In this document: positions 18,386 to 26,871 of the stretch, in pieces
Position numbering within the stretch: the first letter of the stretch is position 1
Layout of the letters: the number at the start of each line of letters is the position of its first letter
Origin: Candidatus Latescibacterota bacterium
GTDB taxonomy: Bacteria; Latescibacterota; UBA2968; UBA8231
Assembly (NCBI GenBank): GCA_965205655.1
Contig: CBDBIJ010000122.1
Span: forward strand, 1 to 26,871
Direction of reading: 5' to 3'
DNA length: 26,871 nucleotides
Translations under genes and position numbers: made by a program
Notes under the pieces: model-generated
Told to the model about the DNA's origin: nothing
Seen by the model: the letters and a program-made list of their open reading frames with translations, nothing else
Databases searched by the model: none

Positions 18386-19584
18386 AGCTGGCCGAATACG
18401 TAGAGCGGGTCGAGCCTTCCCCGACGATGGCGATCACGGCGAAAGCGAAGTCGATGATCCGGGACGGCATCGACGTGATCCCAATGTCCGCCGGCGAGCC
18501 GGATTTCGATACGCCTCAGCATATCAAAGACGCCGGAATTCAGGCGATTCAACAGGGGTTTACGAAGTACACTTCTCCGCCCTCGGGTATTGTCGAACTC
18601 AAGGCGGCAATTTGCGACACCTACCGCAGGGATAACGGGCTCGAGTACGGCCTCGACGAGGTGATTGTCAACTGTGGTGCCAAACACACCATCTACCTGG
18701 CGGTGGCGTCGCTGTTGAACCCCGGTGACGAGCTCGTCGTGCCGACGCCGTACTGGGTCACATTCACCGAGCAGCCGAAGCTCGTGGGCGCCACTCCCCG
18801 GATCGTGGAGACTGGCGAGGAGAGCGGACTCAAGCTGACGGCGGAGGAGTTTCGCCAGGCGATCACGCCGAAGACGCGGATGCTCATACTCAACAGCCCG
18901 TCGAATCCGAGTGGCGCGGTCTACTCCCGCAAGGAGTTGACGGCGCTGGCGGAGGTGGCGGTAGAGCACGGCATCTTCGTCGTGTCCGACGAGATCTACC
19001 AGAAGCTGATCTACGACGGAGTCGAGCACGTGTCGATCGCCTCTCTCGGCGACGAGATCAAGGAGCTGTCGATCGTGGTGAACGGCCTGTCGAAAACCTA
19101 CGCCATGACCGGCTGGCGCATCGGCTTCGCGGGCGCCTCGGGGGAAGTGATCGCCGCCATGGACAAGGTGCAGAGCCAGACTGTCTCACACCCTTCGTCG
19201 ATGTCGCAGAAAGCGGCCATCGCCGCGCTGACAGGTCCCCAGGATGCCGTGGAGGCGATGCGCTCCGAGTACGACGGGCGCCGAAAATACATCGTCGAGC
19301 GGCTGAACGGCATCGAATCGGTCAGTTGCGCGCTACCGCAAGGGGCATTCTACGTGTATCCGGATATTTCCGCGTATTTCGGTGCCATAGCTCCGGGGGG
19401 AGCCCTGATCGATACACCGGCGGCTCTGTGTGATTATCTGCTCGACGAAGGGAGGGTTGCCTGCGTCCCCGGCGAGGGTTTCGGGACGAGGGAGCATCTG
19501 CGAATCTCATACGCCACCTCGATGCCTATGATCGAGGGCGCCATGGATCGCATCGAAGAGGCGCTGGGCAAGCTCGCGAAATGA
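18382..19584 (+). CDS. Class I PLP-dependent aspartate aminotransferase (subgroup Ib-like)
   Basis: Motifs: GEPDFDTP, GAKH, LNSPSNPSG, SDEIY, NGLSKTYAMTGWRIG (PLP Lys), PQGAFY, LRISYA. ATGA overlap with argJ. Confidence 0.9.
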   Translation: MKLAEYVERVEPSPTMAITAKAKSMIRDGIDVIPMSAGEPDFDTPQHIKDAGIQAIQQGFTKYTSPPSGIVELKAAICDTYRRDNGLEYGLDEVIVNCGAKHTIYLAVASLLNPGDELVVPTPYWVTFTEQPKLVGATPRIVETGEESGLKLTAEEFRQAITPKTRMLILNSPSNPSGAVYSRKELTALAEVAVEHGIFVVSDEIYQKLIYDGVEHVSIASLGDEIKELSIVVNGLSKTYAMTGWRIGFAGASGEVIAAMDKVQSQTVSHPSSMSQKAAIAALTGPQDAVEAMRSEYDGRRKYIVERLNGIESVSCALPQGAFYVYPDISAYFGAIAPGGALIDTPAALCDYLLDEGRVACVPGEGFGTREHLRISYATSMPMIEGAMDRIEEALGKLAK

Positions 19585-19634
19585 AGGCGACGGTCGAAAA
19601 CAGTGTCTGAAGAGCACGTGGGAGATCGACGCCG

Positions 19635-20600
19635 ATGAACAGCGACAACGGGTTTTGTCTCGATTTCGAGCGGCCGATCGTCGAGCTCGAGAAGAAGATC
19701 GACGAGATGCAGAGCCAGGCCGACGTGGACGGCATCGACCTGAGCCAGGAGCTTCGCAACCTCGAGGAGAAGGTCGAGAAGCTGCGTCAGGAGATCTACA
19801 CGAATCTCACACGCTGGCAGAGAGTCCAAATCAGCCGCCACCCGCGAAGGCCGTACAGCCTAGACTACGTCGAGCGCATACTCACCGATTTCACCGAGCT
19901 CCACGGTGACAGGCTTTACGCAGACGATCCGGCGATAGTCGGCGGGCCCGCCCGGCTCGACGGGGAGCCGGTCATGGTCATCGGAATCCAGAACGGCCGC
20001 AACATCCAGGAGCGGCAGTTTCGGAATTTTGGCATGCCCCATCCCGAGGGATACCGCAAGGCCCTGCGGTTGATGAAAATGGCGGCAAAGTTCCAGCGAC
20101 CGCTCCTCGCCCTGGTGGATACTTCGGGGGCCTACCCCGGGATCGAGGCCGAAGAACGCGGCCAGGCGGAGGCGATAGCGCGCAACATGTTCGAAATGTC
20201 CCACCTGCCGGTTCCGGTCGTGGTCGCCATCATCGGACAGGCGTTCAGCGGCGGGGCGATCGGCATCGCGGTCGGTGACCGCGTACTCATGCTCGAGCAC
20301 GCCTGCTATTCGGTGATCGTACCGGAGAGCTGCTCGACAATTCTTTTTCGGACTCGGGATCGAAAAGAAGAGGCAGCGGAGGCGCTGAAGCTGACGGCAC
20401 AGGACCTCAAGGAAAACCAGATGATCGATCGAATCGTCCCCGAGCCATTCGGGGGCGCCCATCGCGATCACCCGGAGGCTGCAGGAACTCTCAAGCGCTA
20501 CGTCCAGGAGGCCTTCGCCGAACTGCGCTCAATTCCCGCAAATGAGCTCGTCGATCAGCGGATCGAGAAGTTTTCGGCCATGGGCGAATGGGAGGAGTGA
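19635..20600 (+). CDS. accA: Acetyl-CoA carboxylase carboxyltransferase alpha subunit
   Basis: Motifs: [60 protein letters not shown]. Confidence 0.94.
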   Translation: MNSDNGFCLDFERPIVELEKKIDEMQSQADVDGIDLSQELRNLEEKVEKLRQEIYTNLTRWQRVQISRHPRRPYSLDYVERILTDFTELHGDRLYADDPAIVGGPARLDGEPVMVIGIQNGRNIQERQFRNFGMPHPEGYRKALRLMKMAAKFQRPLLALVDTSGAYPGIEAEERGQAEAIARNMFEMSHLPVPVVVAIIGQAFSGGAIGIAVGDRVLMLEHACYSVIVPESCSTILFRTRDRKEEAAEALKLTAQDLKENQMIDRIVPEPFGGAHRDHPEAAGTLKRYVQEAFAELRSIPANELVDQRIEKFSAMGEWEE

Positions 20601-20615
20601 GAACCGCCGATCCAT

Positions 20616-20686
20616 CCCGGCTCACTACGTTGCAGTCGCTCCGACGCATCTCTCGATGCGCCTGCGCTCCCGCGCCCTGAGCCGGG
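20616..20686. repeat. Nested palindromic intergenic element (ERIC/RPE-like)
   Basis: Outer 9-bp inverted repeat CCCGGCTCA/TGAGCCGGG, with a central CGCATC-tctc-GATGCG hairpin. It lies between convergent genes. Confidence 0.55.
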
Positions 20687-20721
20687 CGCCTCGGCGCTCC
20701 TCGTGGCCAGTTGAGGTGGGG

Positions 20722-21501
20722 TTACCCGCGCCTGACCCGGTCGAATAGGCGTTCGAGGCGATCGAAGGCGAGTTTGACCATGTCGTCGTCCCAGTCGCCG
20801 TCGATGTTGATTTTCAGGACCGATTTGAGCGTGTCCAGGTAAGCCCTCTGAGTTTCCGAAAGTGTACGTGAGCCTGGCGAGCGGTCGCCGGAGTTAGCCG
20901 GTTCCGATCCGGGTCGCTGGGCAGGCTGGGCAGAGCGCCGCTGCGCAACTCTCAGCTCCCTCGACGCCCTGGCGGGCGCCGCCGTCACTCCCTTGCCCTC
21001 TTCTTGAGCCGGCGCGGGAGTTCCATCCGGATCGGCTTCGCTCAGCAAGTACTTGAAGAACATTTTCATTTTGCTCGCCGAGTCACTGCCCATCCCCGTT
21101 TCGCGGCGAAAGAAAGAAACGATGTCGCGATCCACCATGGAGCCGTCCGACTGCTCATACTGCTCCAGCAGCTCCGGATAGAGGTCCTTGAGGATTTCGG
21201 ATATCGTCTCTTTGCGGCTCTCCGGGGCGACGAGGTTGTGCAGTCTCTCAGTCGGTTTCTGATCTTTGTCGATAAGCTTCATCGCCTCGACACCGCGAAG
21301 AAACCTGTAAATCATGGAGGGCGTGCGAATGATCGCCCGGATATGGTCGCGGTCGATCTCTTCGGGCATGTTGCTTTGTAGCCTGGCGAGAAACTTCTCG
21401 AACTGGCTCTTCGTGATGTAGGGGAACCAGGTTCTCGAATCCCGCTGTGTCTCGGATTCAGTCGCTTCGTCTACGGCTTCTTCTGTCGTCTCGGAATCCA
21501 T
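20722..21501 (-). CDS. Hypothetical protein, DUF5343-like
   Basis: N-terminal PY...P..ID.D.I...FL..V..M.LID....PT..L pattern, a low-complexity linker and a C-terminal LKINIDGDWDDDMVK..FD module, matching my recollection of DUF5343 proteins. RBS GGAG. Confidence 0.6.
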   Translation of the reverse strand: MDSETTEEAVDEATESETQRDSRTWFPYITKSQFEKFLARLQSNMPEEIDRDHIRAIIRTPSMIYRFLRGVEAMKLIDKDQKPTERLHNLVAPESRKETISEILKDLYPELLEQYEQSDGSMVDRDIVSFFRRETGMGSDSASKMKMFFKYLLSEADPDGTPAPAQEEGKGVTAAPARASRELRVAQRRSAQPAQRPGSEPANSGDRSPGSRTLSETQRAYLDTLKSVLKINIDGDWDDDMVKLAFDRLERLFDRVRRG

Positions 21502-21552
21502 GAATTCTCAGCTCCAATTGAGAGAGTCCCCGCAAATCGGACCACTCGGCCG

Positions 21553-21903
21553 CTACGGGTGCTCAGCAGTGATGACAGTAGCGATACCGCCGCGCACGTT
21601 GAAGTCGCCGGTAACCGTCATGCGCCTCGGGGCGCAGGCTGCAACCAGATCGTCCAGGATGGCGTTCGTCACCGCCTCATAAAAGATGCCTTCCTGACGG
21701 AAGGATTGAATGTAAAGCTTGAGAGATTTCAGTTCGATACAGCTCTTGTCCGGTATGTAGTGAACGCGGATCGTGCCGAAGTCCGGCTGACCGGTGACGG
21801 GACAGACAGAAGTAAACTCCGGGCACTCGATCTGTATCGTGTAGTCTCGATCGGGCTTCGGGTTCGGAAAGGTCTGGAGCGCTGAGCCTCGCTCGGTTGC
21901 CAT
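21553..21903 (-). CDS. queF: NADPH-dependent 7-cyano-7-deazaguanine (preQ0) reductase, type I
   Basis: Motifs: [19 protein letters not shown] (catalytic Cys), ELKSLKLY QueF motif, FNVRGGI. Confidence 0.95.
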   Translation of the reverse strand: MATERGSALQTFPNPKPDRDYTIQIECPEFTSVCPVTGQPDFGTIRVHYIPDKSCIELKSLKLYIQSFRQEGIFYEAVTNAILDDLVAACAPRRMTVTGDFNVRGGIATVITAEHP

Positions 21904-21999
21904 TCTCACGTCTCTCGTTGCGATCCAACCTTAGCAAAGTAGGAGATTTCATAGTCGGGGCAAGAAAATGACGCTTCAGACTCTTCCAAGCAATCGCGG

Positions 22000-22662
22000 T
22001 TAAGCCCGAAGGAGATCGGCGATGCCCGCTCGCTGGAATCCGTGCTGCCGCAGCTCACAGCTGTGGCAGCGGCCGCACGGTGCGGTCTCGCTGCAATAGC
22101 ACGACCAGGTGAGATGGAGGGGGGCCCCGAGGCCGGTACCGCGACGAATGATCGCGGGCTTGTCGAGCTCGATGAGAGGCGCGCGAACGACAACCGGCGG
22201 CTCCGCGGCAGTGCCAGCGGAGATGGCCCGGTTGAAGGCGTCGAAGAATGCGGCTGTGCAGTCCGGATAAGGGGACTGACGCTCGTGAGCGCCAATGAAG
22301 ATGTCCGCTGCTCCGATGGTCTCTGCCCATGAGACAGCGATCGACAGGAGATTGGCGTTGCGAAACGGAACATACGTCGAAGGCGTCCCGGAGACTTCAG
22401 CCGCCTCGGGAATCTCAGCCTCGGGGTCGAGGAGGCTCGATCCACCGATCTGCTGGAGGTAAGCGATATCGACGACGAGGCGACGATCGACGCCATAGTG
22501 GTCGGCGATGTGCTCGAAGGCAGTCAGCTCCCGCGCCTGTGTTCGCTGGCCGTAGTTGACGTGGAGGAAGGAGAGTTCGTGGTCCGGACTGGCGACAGCT
22601 GCTGCGACGCAGCTGTCGAGACCGCCGCTCACGAGGACGACCGCCGATGTGGAGGAAGGCAT
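22000..22662 (-). CDS. queC: 7-cyano-7-deazaguanine synthase
   Basis: Motifs: SGGLDS PP-loop, YGQR, TYVPFRN, YPDC, TWSCY...PCGRCHSC zinc site. Adjacent to queF. Confidence 0.95.
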   Translation of the reverse strand: MPSSTSAVVLVSGGLDSCVAAAVASPDHELSFLHVNYGQRTQARELTAFEHIADHYGVDRRLVVDIAYLQQIGGSSLLDPEAEIPEAAEVSGTPSTYVPFRNANLLSIAVSWAETIGAADIFIGAHERQSPYPDCTAAFFDAFNRAISAGTAAEPPVVVRAPLIELDKPAIIRRGTGLGAPLHLTWSCYCSETAPCGRCHSCELRQHGFQRAGIADLLRA

Positions 22663-22669
22663 GGGCGAC

Positions 22670-22729
22670 AGAATATAACGAATAGGGGTAGGCGGTGTTC
22701 ATTGACACCCGGTGCTGCAGAAGTAGATT
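22670..22729. promoter_or_regulatory. Divergent promoters of queC and ispH
   Basis: Plus strand: TTGACA 22702-22707, 16 nt, then TAGATT 22724-22729. Minus strand: TATTCT at 22675-22670. Confidence 0.5.
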
Positions 22730-22735
22730 GATCGC

Positions 22736-24034
22736 ATGGCTTTTACACAATTCGATCGCGTTCCCAATCACTACGCCGGTTCCATCATCCAGCGGATCAA
22801 GGATTACCGGCAGGATGAGGGCAAGCGTCAGCTGAATCCAACGCGGCTGCAGATCGGCGAGCTCGAAGTGCTGGTGCCGCGACATTTTGGATTCTGTTTC
22901 GGGGTGGAAAGGGCCATCCACATGGCCTTCACGGCGCTGGAGAGACACCCCGACAAGCGCATCAATCTGGTTAGCGAGATCATCCACAATCCACTGGTGA
23001 ACAGCGATCTGCGCCAGCGCGGCATCGATTTCATTTACGACAATTGCGGGGAACGACAGATCGGTGAAGATGAAATTTCGCCCGACGATATCGCGCTCAT
23101 CCCCGCCTTCGGGACGACGTTGCAGATCGAGGAGTCGCTGGGGAATAGTGGCATCGACACGACGACCGAGGAATTTCGCGAGAATTACGATACCACCTGT
23201 CCTTTCGTTTCCAAGGTGTGGGACAGGGGCGAGCAACTGGGTAAGGAAGGATACACCATAATCATTCACGGAAAGTTCGGGCACGAGGAGACGCAGGCGA
23301 CGCACTCACACACGAAGGAGCACACGAAGACTCTCGTCGTCTTCGACGCGGACGAAGCGCGCAAGGTTCACGACTACATCGTCGGCAATCTGTCCCTGGC
23401 GGAGTTCACAGCCGAGTTTTCACGGAAGTGGTCGGCGGGGTTTGCCCCGACGACGGATCTCAACCGTGTCGCCGTGGTCAATCAGACGACGATGCTGGCC
23501 GAGGAGACGAAGCAAGTCGCCTCAATCATGCGCGAGGCGATGCGCTGCAAGTTCGGCGATGAGAGCCTTGACGATCACTTCGCCGATACGAACGATACTC
23601 TGTGCTACGCCACGAACTGGAACCAGAACGCCACCAAATCCCTGCTCGAGGCCAAGCCGAATCTGGCGGTTGTCGTCGGCGGTTACAACAGCTCCAACAC
23701 CTCTCACCTCGTCGAGATTTGCTCACAGGTCATGCCGTCGTACCTCATCAGCAGCAGTGACGAGCTGCTGTCACCACAGCGGATCAGACACTTCGACATT
23801 CACTCCAGAGAGCTGGCCGTCAACGAAGACTGGCTTCCCCCCGAGCTGCCGGTGAGATTGGCAGTTACATCCGGAGCGTCATGCCCCGATGTGCTGCTGA
23901 ACGCGGTGGTCGAAAAAATAGCTGGATTCTACGGATATGGAGAGGCTGACATCGACGCCGGCTTGGGTCGACTGAGTCTTTGCACCGCGCCAGCGGAGAC
24001 CGGGGCTGGGCCACCGAATAGGTCACGAACGTAG
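22736..24034 (+). CDS. ispH: 4-hydroxy-3-methylbut-2-enyl diphosphate reductase (long form)
   Basis: Three Fe-S cysteines (FGFCFGVERA, DTTCPFV, DTLCYAT), plus EIIHNP, HEET, NQTT, GGYNSSNT and TSGASCP. Confidence 0.94.
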   Translation: MAFTQFDRVPNHYAGSIIQRIKDYRQDEGKRQLNPTRLQIGELEVLVPRHFGFCFGVERAIHMAFTALERHPDKRINLVSEIIHNPLVNSDLRQRGIDFIYDNCGERQIGEDEISPDDIALIPAFGTTLQIEESLGNSGIDTTTEEFRENYDTTCPFVSKVWDRGEQLGKEGYTIIIHGKFGHEETQATHSHTKEHTKTLVVFDADEARKVHDYIVGNLSLAEFTAEFSRKWSAGFAPTTDLNRVAVVNQTTMLAEETKQVASIMREAMRCKFGDESLDDHFADTNDTLCYATNWNQNATKSLLEAKPNLAVVVGGYNSSNTSHLVEICSQVMPSYLISSSDELLSPQRIRHFDIHSRELAVNEDWLPPELPVRLAVTSGASCPDVLLNAVVEKIAGFYGYGEADIDAGLGRLSLCTAPAETGAGPPNRSRT

Positions 24035-24838
24035 TCAATCGGCTGCCACCACCGGATTCACGAGGCGGCCGATTTTTTCTATGTCGATCACTACTTCGTC
24101 GCCCGGTTGCAGCCAGACAGGCGGCTTGCGGGCGAAGCCGACTCCCTGGGGAGTGCCGGTGAGAATGACCGTCCCCGGCAGCAAGGTGGTGTCCTGACTG
24201 AGGAAGCTGATGAGCTCGGTCACCGGGAAAATCATGTCGCTTGTGTCGTGTTCCTGCATGGTGTCGCCGTTGAGGACTGTCTTGATTTCGAGGCTCTGGG
24301 GGTCGGGGATCTCGTCAGTGGTGACGAGCGCGGGGCCGAGGGGACAGAAGGTATCGAAGCTTTTGCCGCGAATCCATTGGCCACCCCCCTTGTGAATCTG
24401 CCAGGTACGAGCCGAAACATCGTTGCCGCAGGTGTAGCCGAGAACGCAATCGAGGGCCTCTGACGGCGAAACGTCGCGGCAGGTGCGGCCGATGACCACA
24501 GCGAGCTCGCACTCGTAGTCAACTTCGGAGTCGATCTGGCAGGCGGGTAAACGGATCGGGTCTTCAGGATGCTGCAGAGCCGAGCTCGGTTTCATGAAGA
24601 CGATCGGATACTCGGGCGGCTCCATGCCAGACTCGGCGGCGTGCTCGCGGTAGTTGAGGCCGATGCAGTATATGTTGGCCGGTGCCAGGGGAGCGAGAAG
24701 TTTGTCCACCGCGGCGCGCTCACCGGTGGGGGTCAAACCACCAAACAGGTCACCTGACAGGATCTGGGCTTGGCCATCCGCCTCCTGTTCACCGAAGTAA
24801 ACCTCGCCGCTGTCGTCTGTAAAACGTATGATGTGCAT
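24035..24838 (-). CDS. Fumarylacetoacetate hydrolase family protein
   Basis: Motifs: CIGLNYREH, VFMK, DYECELAVVIG, GNDVSAR, GKSFDTFCPLGP, ILTGTPQGVG. Confidence 0.92.
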   Translation of the reverse strand: MHIIRFTDDSGEVYFGEQEADGQAQILSGDLFGGLTPTGERAAVDKLLAPLAPANIYCIGLNYREHAAESGMEPPEYPIVFMKPSSALQHPEDPIRLPACQIDSEVDYECELAVVIGRTCRDVSPSEALDCVLGYTCGNDVSARTWQIHKGGGQWIRGKSFDTFCPLGPALVTTDEIPDPQSLEIKTVLNGDTMQEHDTSDMIFPVTELISFLSQDTTLLPGTVILTGTPQGVGFARKPPVWLQPGDEVVIDIEKIGRLVNPVVAAD

Positions 24839-24948
24839 AGAAGGGTGCCACTCCAGTTTCGCAAGCTGAACGGTTTTCGCGAATCGAACACGACTGACCG
24901 CAGAATGTTCGGTTCAGCTGCAGTCGTGTCAAGAAAGAGAGCGCTGAG

Positions 24949-26055
24949 GTGTCGTCCGGCAATGTGAGCGTCCTCGTTGTAGGAGCCGGAATCGTGGGGC
25001 GATCCATCGCCTACTTTCTGGCCCACGCCGGTTTCGTCGTTCACGTCGTCGACGGCGACAGACGACCGTCACCGACATCGAGGGCGTCGCTGGGGGTACT
25101 GACTCATTTCAACGGCGGCGAGGACCAGCTCTCGACATTCTACCGCGAGGGCCACACCTTGCACGCAGAGTTGTCCGTGCGCCTGCTGGAAGAGACCGGC
25201 ATAGATGTGGGCTGGCAGGCGCTCGGCGGCATCGATTTGTTCCTCGAAGGAGAGGCTGAGATGGAAGACGCCCACAAACTCGTCGCCTTCAACCGCTCAC
25301 GGAACTGCCGGGCCGAGTTGGTCGAAGGACGGCGGTTGCGTGAGTTGGAGCCGCGGGTTGCCCGCGAGGTGACCGCGGGGGTGTACTTCCCTGACGACCA
25401 CCGAGTAAATCCCGAGGCCCTCGCCGAGGCGCTGCTGACTTCCGCAACACGGCTGGGTGCCCAGGTATCGTTCGGCACCAGACTGAAGAGAATCGACGCG
25501 GTCGCGCCCGGCGGCGTGCGCGTCACGTTGAGTTCCGAGCAAGGTGACCGATCGGAGGGCGCCGACTGCCTCGTTCTGGCCGCTGGGGCGCGAACGGGCG
25601 AGTTGGCTGCCGGTGTTGGGCGAGAGTTGGCGGTACGACCCATCCGGGGCCAGCAGTGTCGCTTTTCAGGCGACGGAGTCGTGCGTCACATACTGCGCCA
25701 CGGAGGCTATCACCTGCTTCCAGCCGGAGGCGAGATTGTCGTCGGCGGCACCGTCGAGGATGTGGGTTTCGATCTCGACACTACGGAGGATGCAGAGCGG
25801 ATGTTCACGGCTCTTTGTTCACAGGTGCTCGCCATCGAGCCGTCCTTGACAGGTCAGCGAGCGGGCCTTCGCCCCAAAGCGAAAAAGGGGAGGCCGGTCA
25901 TCGGCCCTTTCGACGCGGACGGTCAATTGTTCGTCGCAACAGGTCACTACAAGAACGGAGTACTGATGGGTCCAATAACCGGCCGGGTGGTGGCGGAGTG
26001 GATCTCGACCGGCGCGCCGTCTCTCGACATGTCCGTCTTTGCTCCTACCGTTTGA
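24949..26055 (+). CDS. FAD-dependent glycine/D-amino acid oxidase (ThiO/DadA family)
   Basis: Motifs: VVGAGIVG, VLAAG, PIRGQ, GLRP, ATGHYKNGVLMGP. Confidence 0.85.
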   Translation: MSSGNVSVLVVGAGIVGRSIAYFLAHAGFVVHVVDGDRRPSPTSRASLGVLTHFNGGEDQLSTFYREGHTLHAELSVRLLEETGIDVGWQALGGIDLFLEGEAEMEDAHKLVAFNRSRNCRAELVEGRRLRELEPRVAREVTAGVYFPDDHRVNPEALAEALLTSATRLGAQVSFGTRLKRIDAVAPGGVRVTLSSEQGDRSEGADCLVLAAGARTGELAAGVGRELAVRPIRGQQCRFSGDGVVRHILRHGGYHLLPAGGEIVVGGTVEDVGFDLDTTEDAERMFTALCSQVLAIEPSLTGQRAGLRPKAKKGRPVIGPFDADGQLFVATGHYKNGVLMGPITGRVVAEWISTGAPSLDMSVFAPTV

Positions 26056-26124
26056 CACCTTCCATGCAGTTCCTGTTTTTCAACACTCGTGACCTCGCAA
26101 GGTCCACTACCGGAGAGTAGTTAA

Positions 26125-26871
26125 ATGCCTTTGAGCACAGATGCACTGGTCGCGGCACTCGATACGCCGATCTCGATTCCCGTAATCCCGTTTCGGGACG
26201 GGGAAATCGACTACGAGGGACACGGTAAGAATATCGATTATCTGATGAGCACGAATAACCAGGAGGACGACCGCCCCCGGGTCATCTGCCTGGCAGGGAC
26301 GAGCCTGATCCATCACATCGGACTCGACGAGCAGGTGCGTTTGATCGAAGAGACGGGGCGGCGGATGGCGGGAAAGGGAGTCCTCATCGCCGGCGTCCCG
26401 CCGAACCCGATCCCCGACGCGGGCGAGGTCGTGGAGGCCCAGTCCCGTCTGACGAGCGGTCCGGACGCCTTCCTCCTCATGCCGGTCATGGGCGTGTGCG
26501 ATCCCGAAGGGATCTATCAGACATTCATGGCATTCGCGGAAAGGCACGGGGGACAACGCGGCGCTCGGTTCATCTACTACCTCAGACAGTCGGATCAGGT
26601 GACCGCGGCAGCGCGACTCGTCAACGAATCACCGCATTTCATCGGCGTAAAGATCGGCACGAGCGAGGATGACGTGGAACCGATGTGCGCGGCAGTCAAG
26701 GATGAATGTGGCACCGTCATCTGGGGCATCGGCGATCGCTCCACGGCCGCCGCAAAACTCGGCGCCAAGGGGCACACCTCTGGAATCAACATCGCCTTCG
26801 CCAAGGCGTCGGATGCGATCAACAATGCCCAGAGGCGCGGCGACTACGACAGTTCGTTCGAAGTGGAGAGC
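26125..26871 (+). CDS. DapA/dihydrodipicolinate-synthase-family lyase, partial (runs off the window)
   Basis: Hand translation from ATG 26125 (RBS GGAG): MPLSTDALVAALDTPISIPVIPFRDGEIDYEG...LAGTSL...VLIAGV...DAFLLMP...FIYYLR...FIGVKIGT...GHTSG. It is open to the window end and has the Schiff-base Lys motif. It is missing from the ORF track, presumably because there is no stop in the window. Confidence 0.82.
   Translation, partial: MPLSTDALVAALDTPISIPVIPFRDGEIDYEGHGKNIDYLMSTNNQEDDRPRVICLAGTSLIHHIGLDEQVRLIEETGRRMAGKGVLIAGVPPNPIPDAGEVVEAQSRLTSGPDAFLLMPVMGVCDPEGIYQTFMAFAERHGGQRGARFIYYLRQSDQVTAAARLVNESPHFIGVKIGTSEDDVEPMCAAVKDECGTVIWGIGDRSTAAAKLGAKGHTSGINIAFAKASDAINNAQRRGDYDSSFEVES

Noticed and set aside
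21904..21999. Possible preQ1 riboswitch in the queC-queF spacer
   Set aside because: There is no preQ1-I stem-loop with an A-rich tail. The spacer is better explained by a weak internal promoter (minus strand TTGCCC-N16-TACTTT).
22000..22662. QueC as part of a Qat, CBASS type IV or Dpd defence system
   Set aside because: It is a standard-length housekeeping QueC next to queF, with no TatD, ATPase, DpdA or cyclase in the window.
24841..24948. Possible TPP riboswitch upstream of the ThiO-like gene (GGGTGC...GCTGA)
   Set aside because: It reads GCTGAAC rather than GCTGAGA, has no ACCC partner for P2, and lacks the CCTGAT and GCGNAGGGA core.
1..26871. CRISPR arrays, tRNA/rRNA, IS elements, Sec/Pyl read-through
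   Set aside because: I saw no spaced repeats, cloverleaf, transposase or in-frame stop within a conserved domain.

Overview
GC-rich bacterial chromosomal window, mostly housekeeping and metabolic genes. No rRNA, tRNA, CRISPR array, transposase or integrase was seen. In order: (1) a likely secreted gene pair, a SpoIVB/S55-type serine peptidase lacking PDZ whose catalytic motifs appear circularly permuted, then a 7-blade beta-propeller/Ig-like protein; (2) an isochorismatase-family hydrolase; (3) a polytopic membrane protein with a C-terminal TPR, split by an apparent -1 frameshift; (4) a minus-strand block of GNAT, cysK, YeiH-type transporter and 3-hydroxyacyl-CoA dehydrogenase; (5) an ilvC-leuA-leuC-leuD-leuB operon behind a near-consensus sigma70 promoter and a ~300-nt leader containing a Leu/Ile/Val-rich mini-ORF; (6) argJ, an aspartate aminotransferase and accA, then an ERIC/RPE-like palindrome; (7) queC-queF-DUF5343-like gene, divergent from ispH, both directions possibly leaderless; (8) an FAH-family hydrolase divergent from a ThiO/DadA-like oxidase and a DapA-family lyase that runs off the window and is absent from the ORF track. 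The best candidates for new biology are the permuted S55 peptidase/propeller pair and the putative branched-chain amino-acid leader-peptide attenuator. All family calls come from motif recognition by eye, not from database searches.
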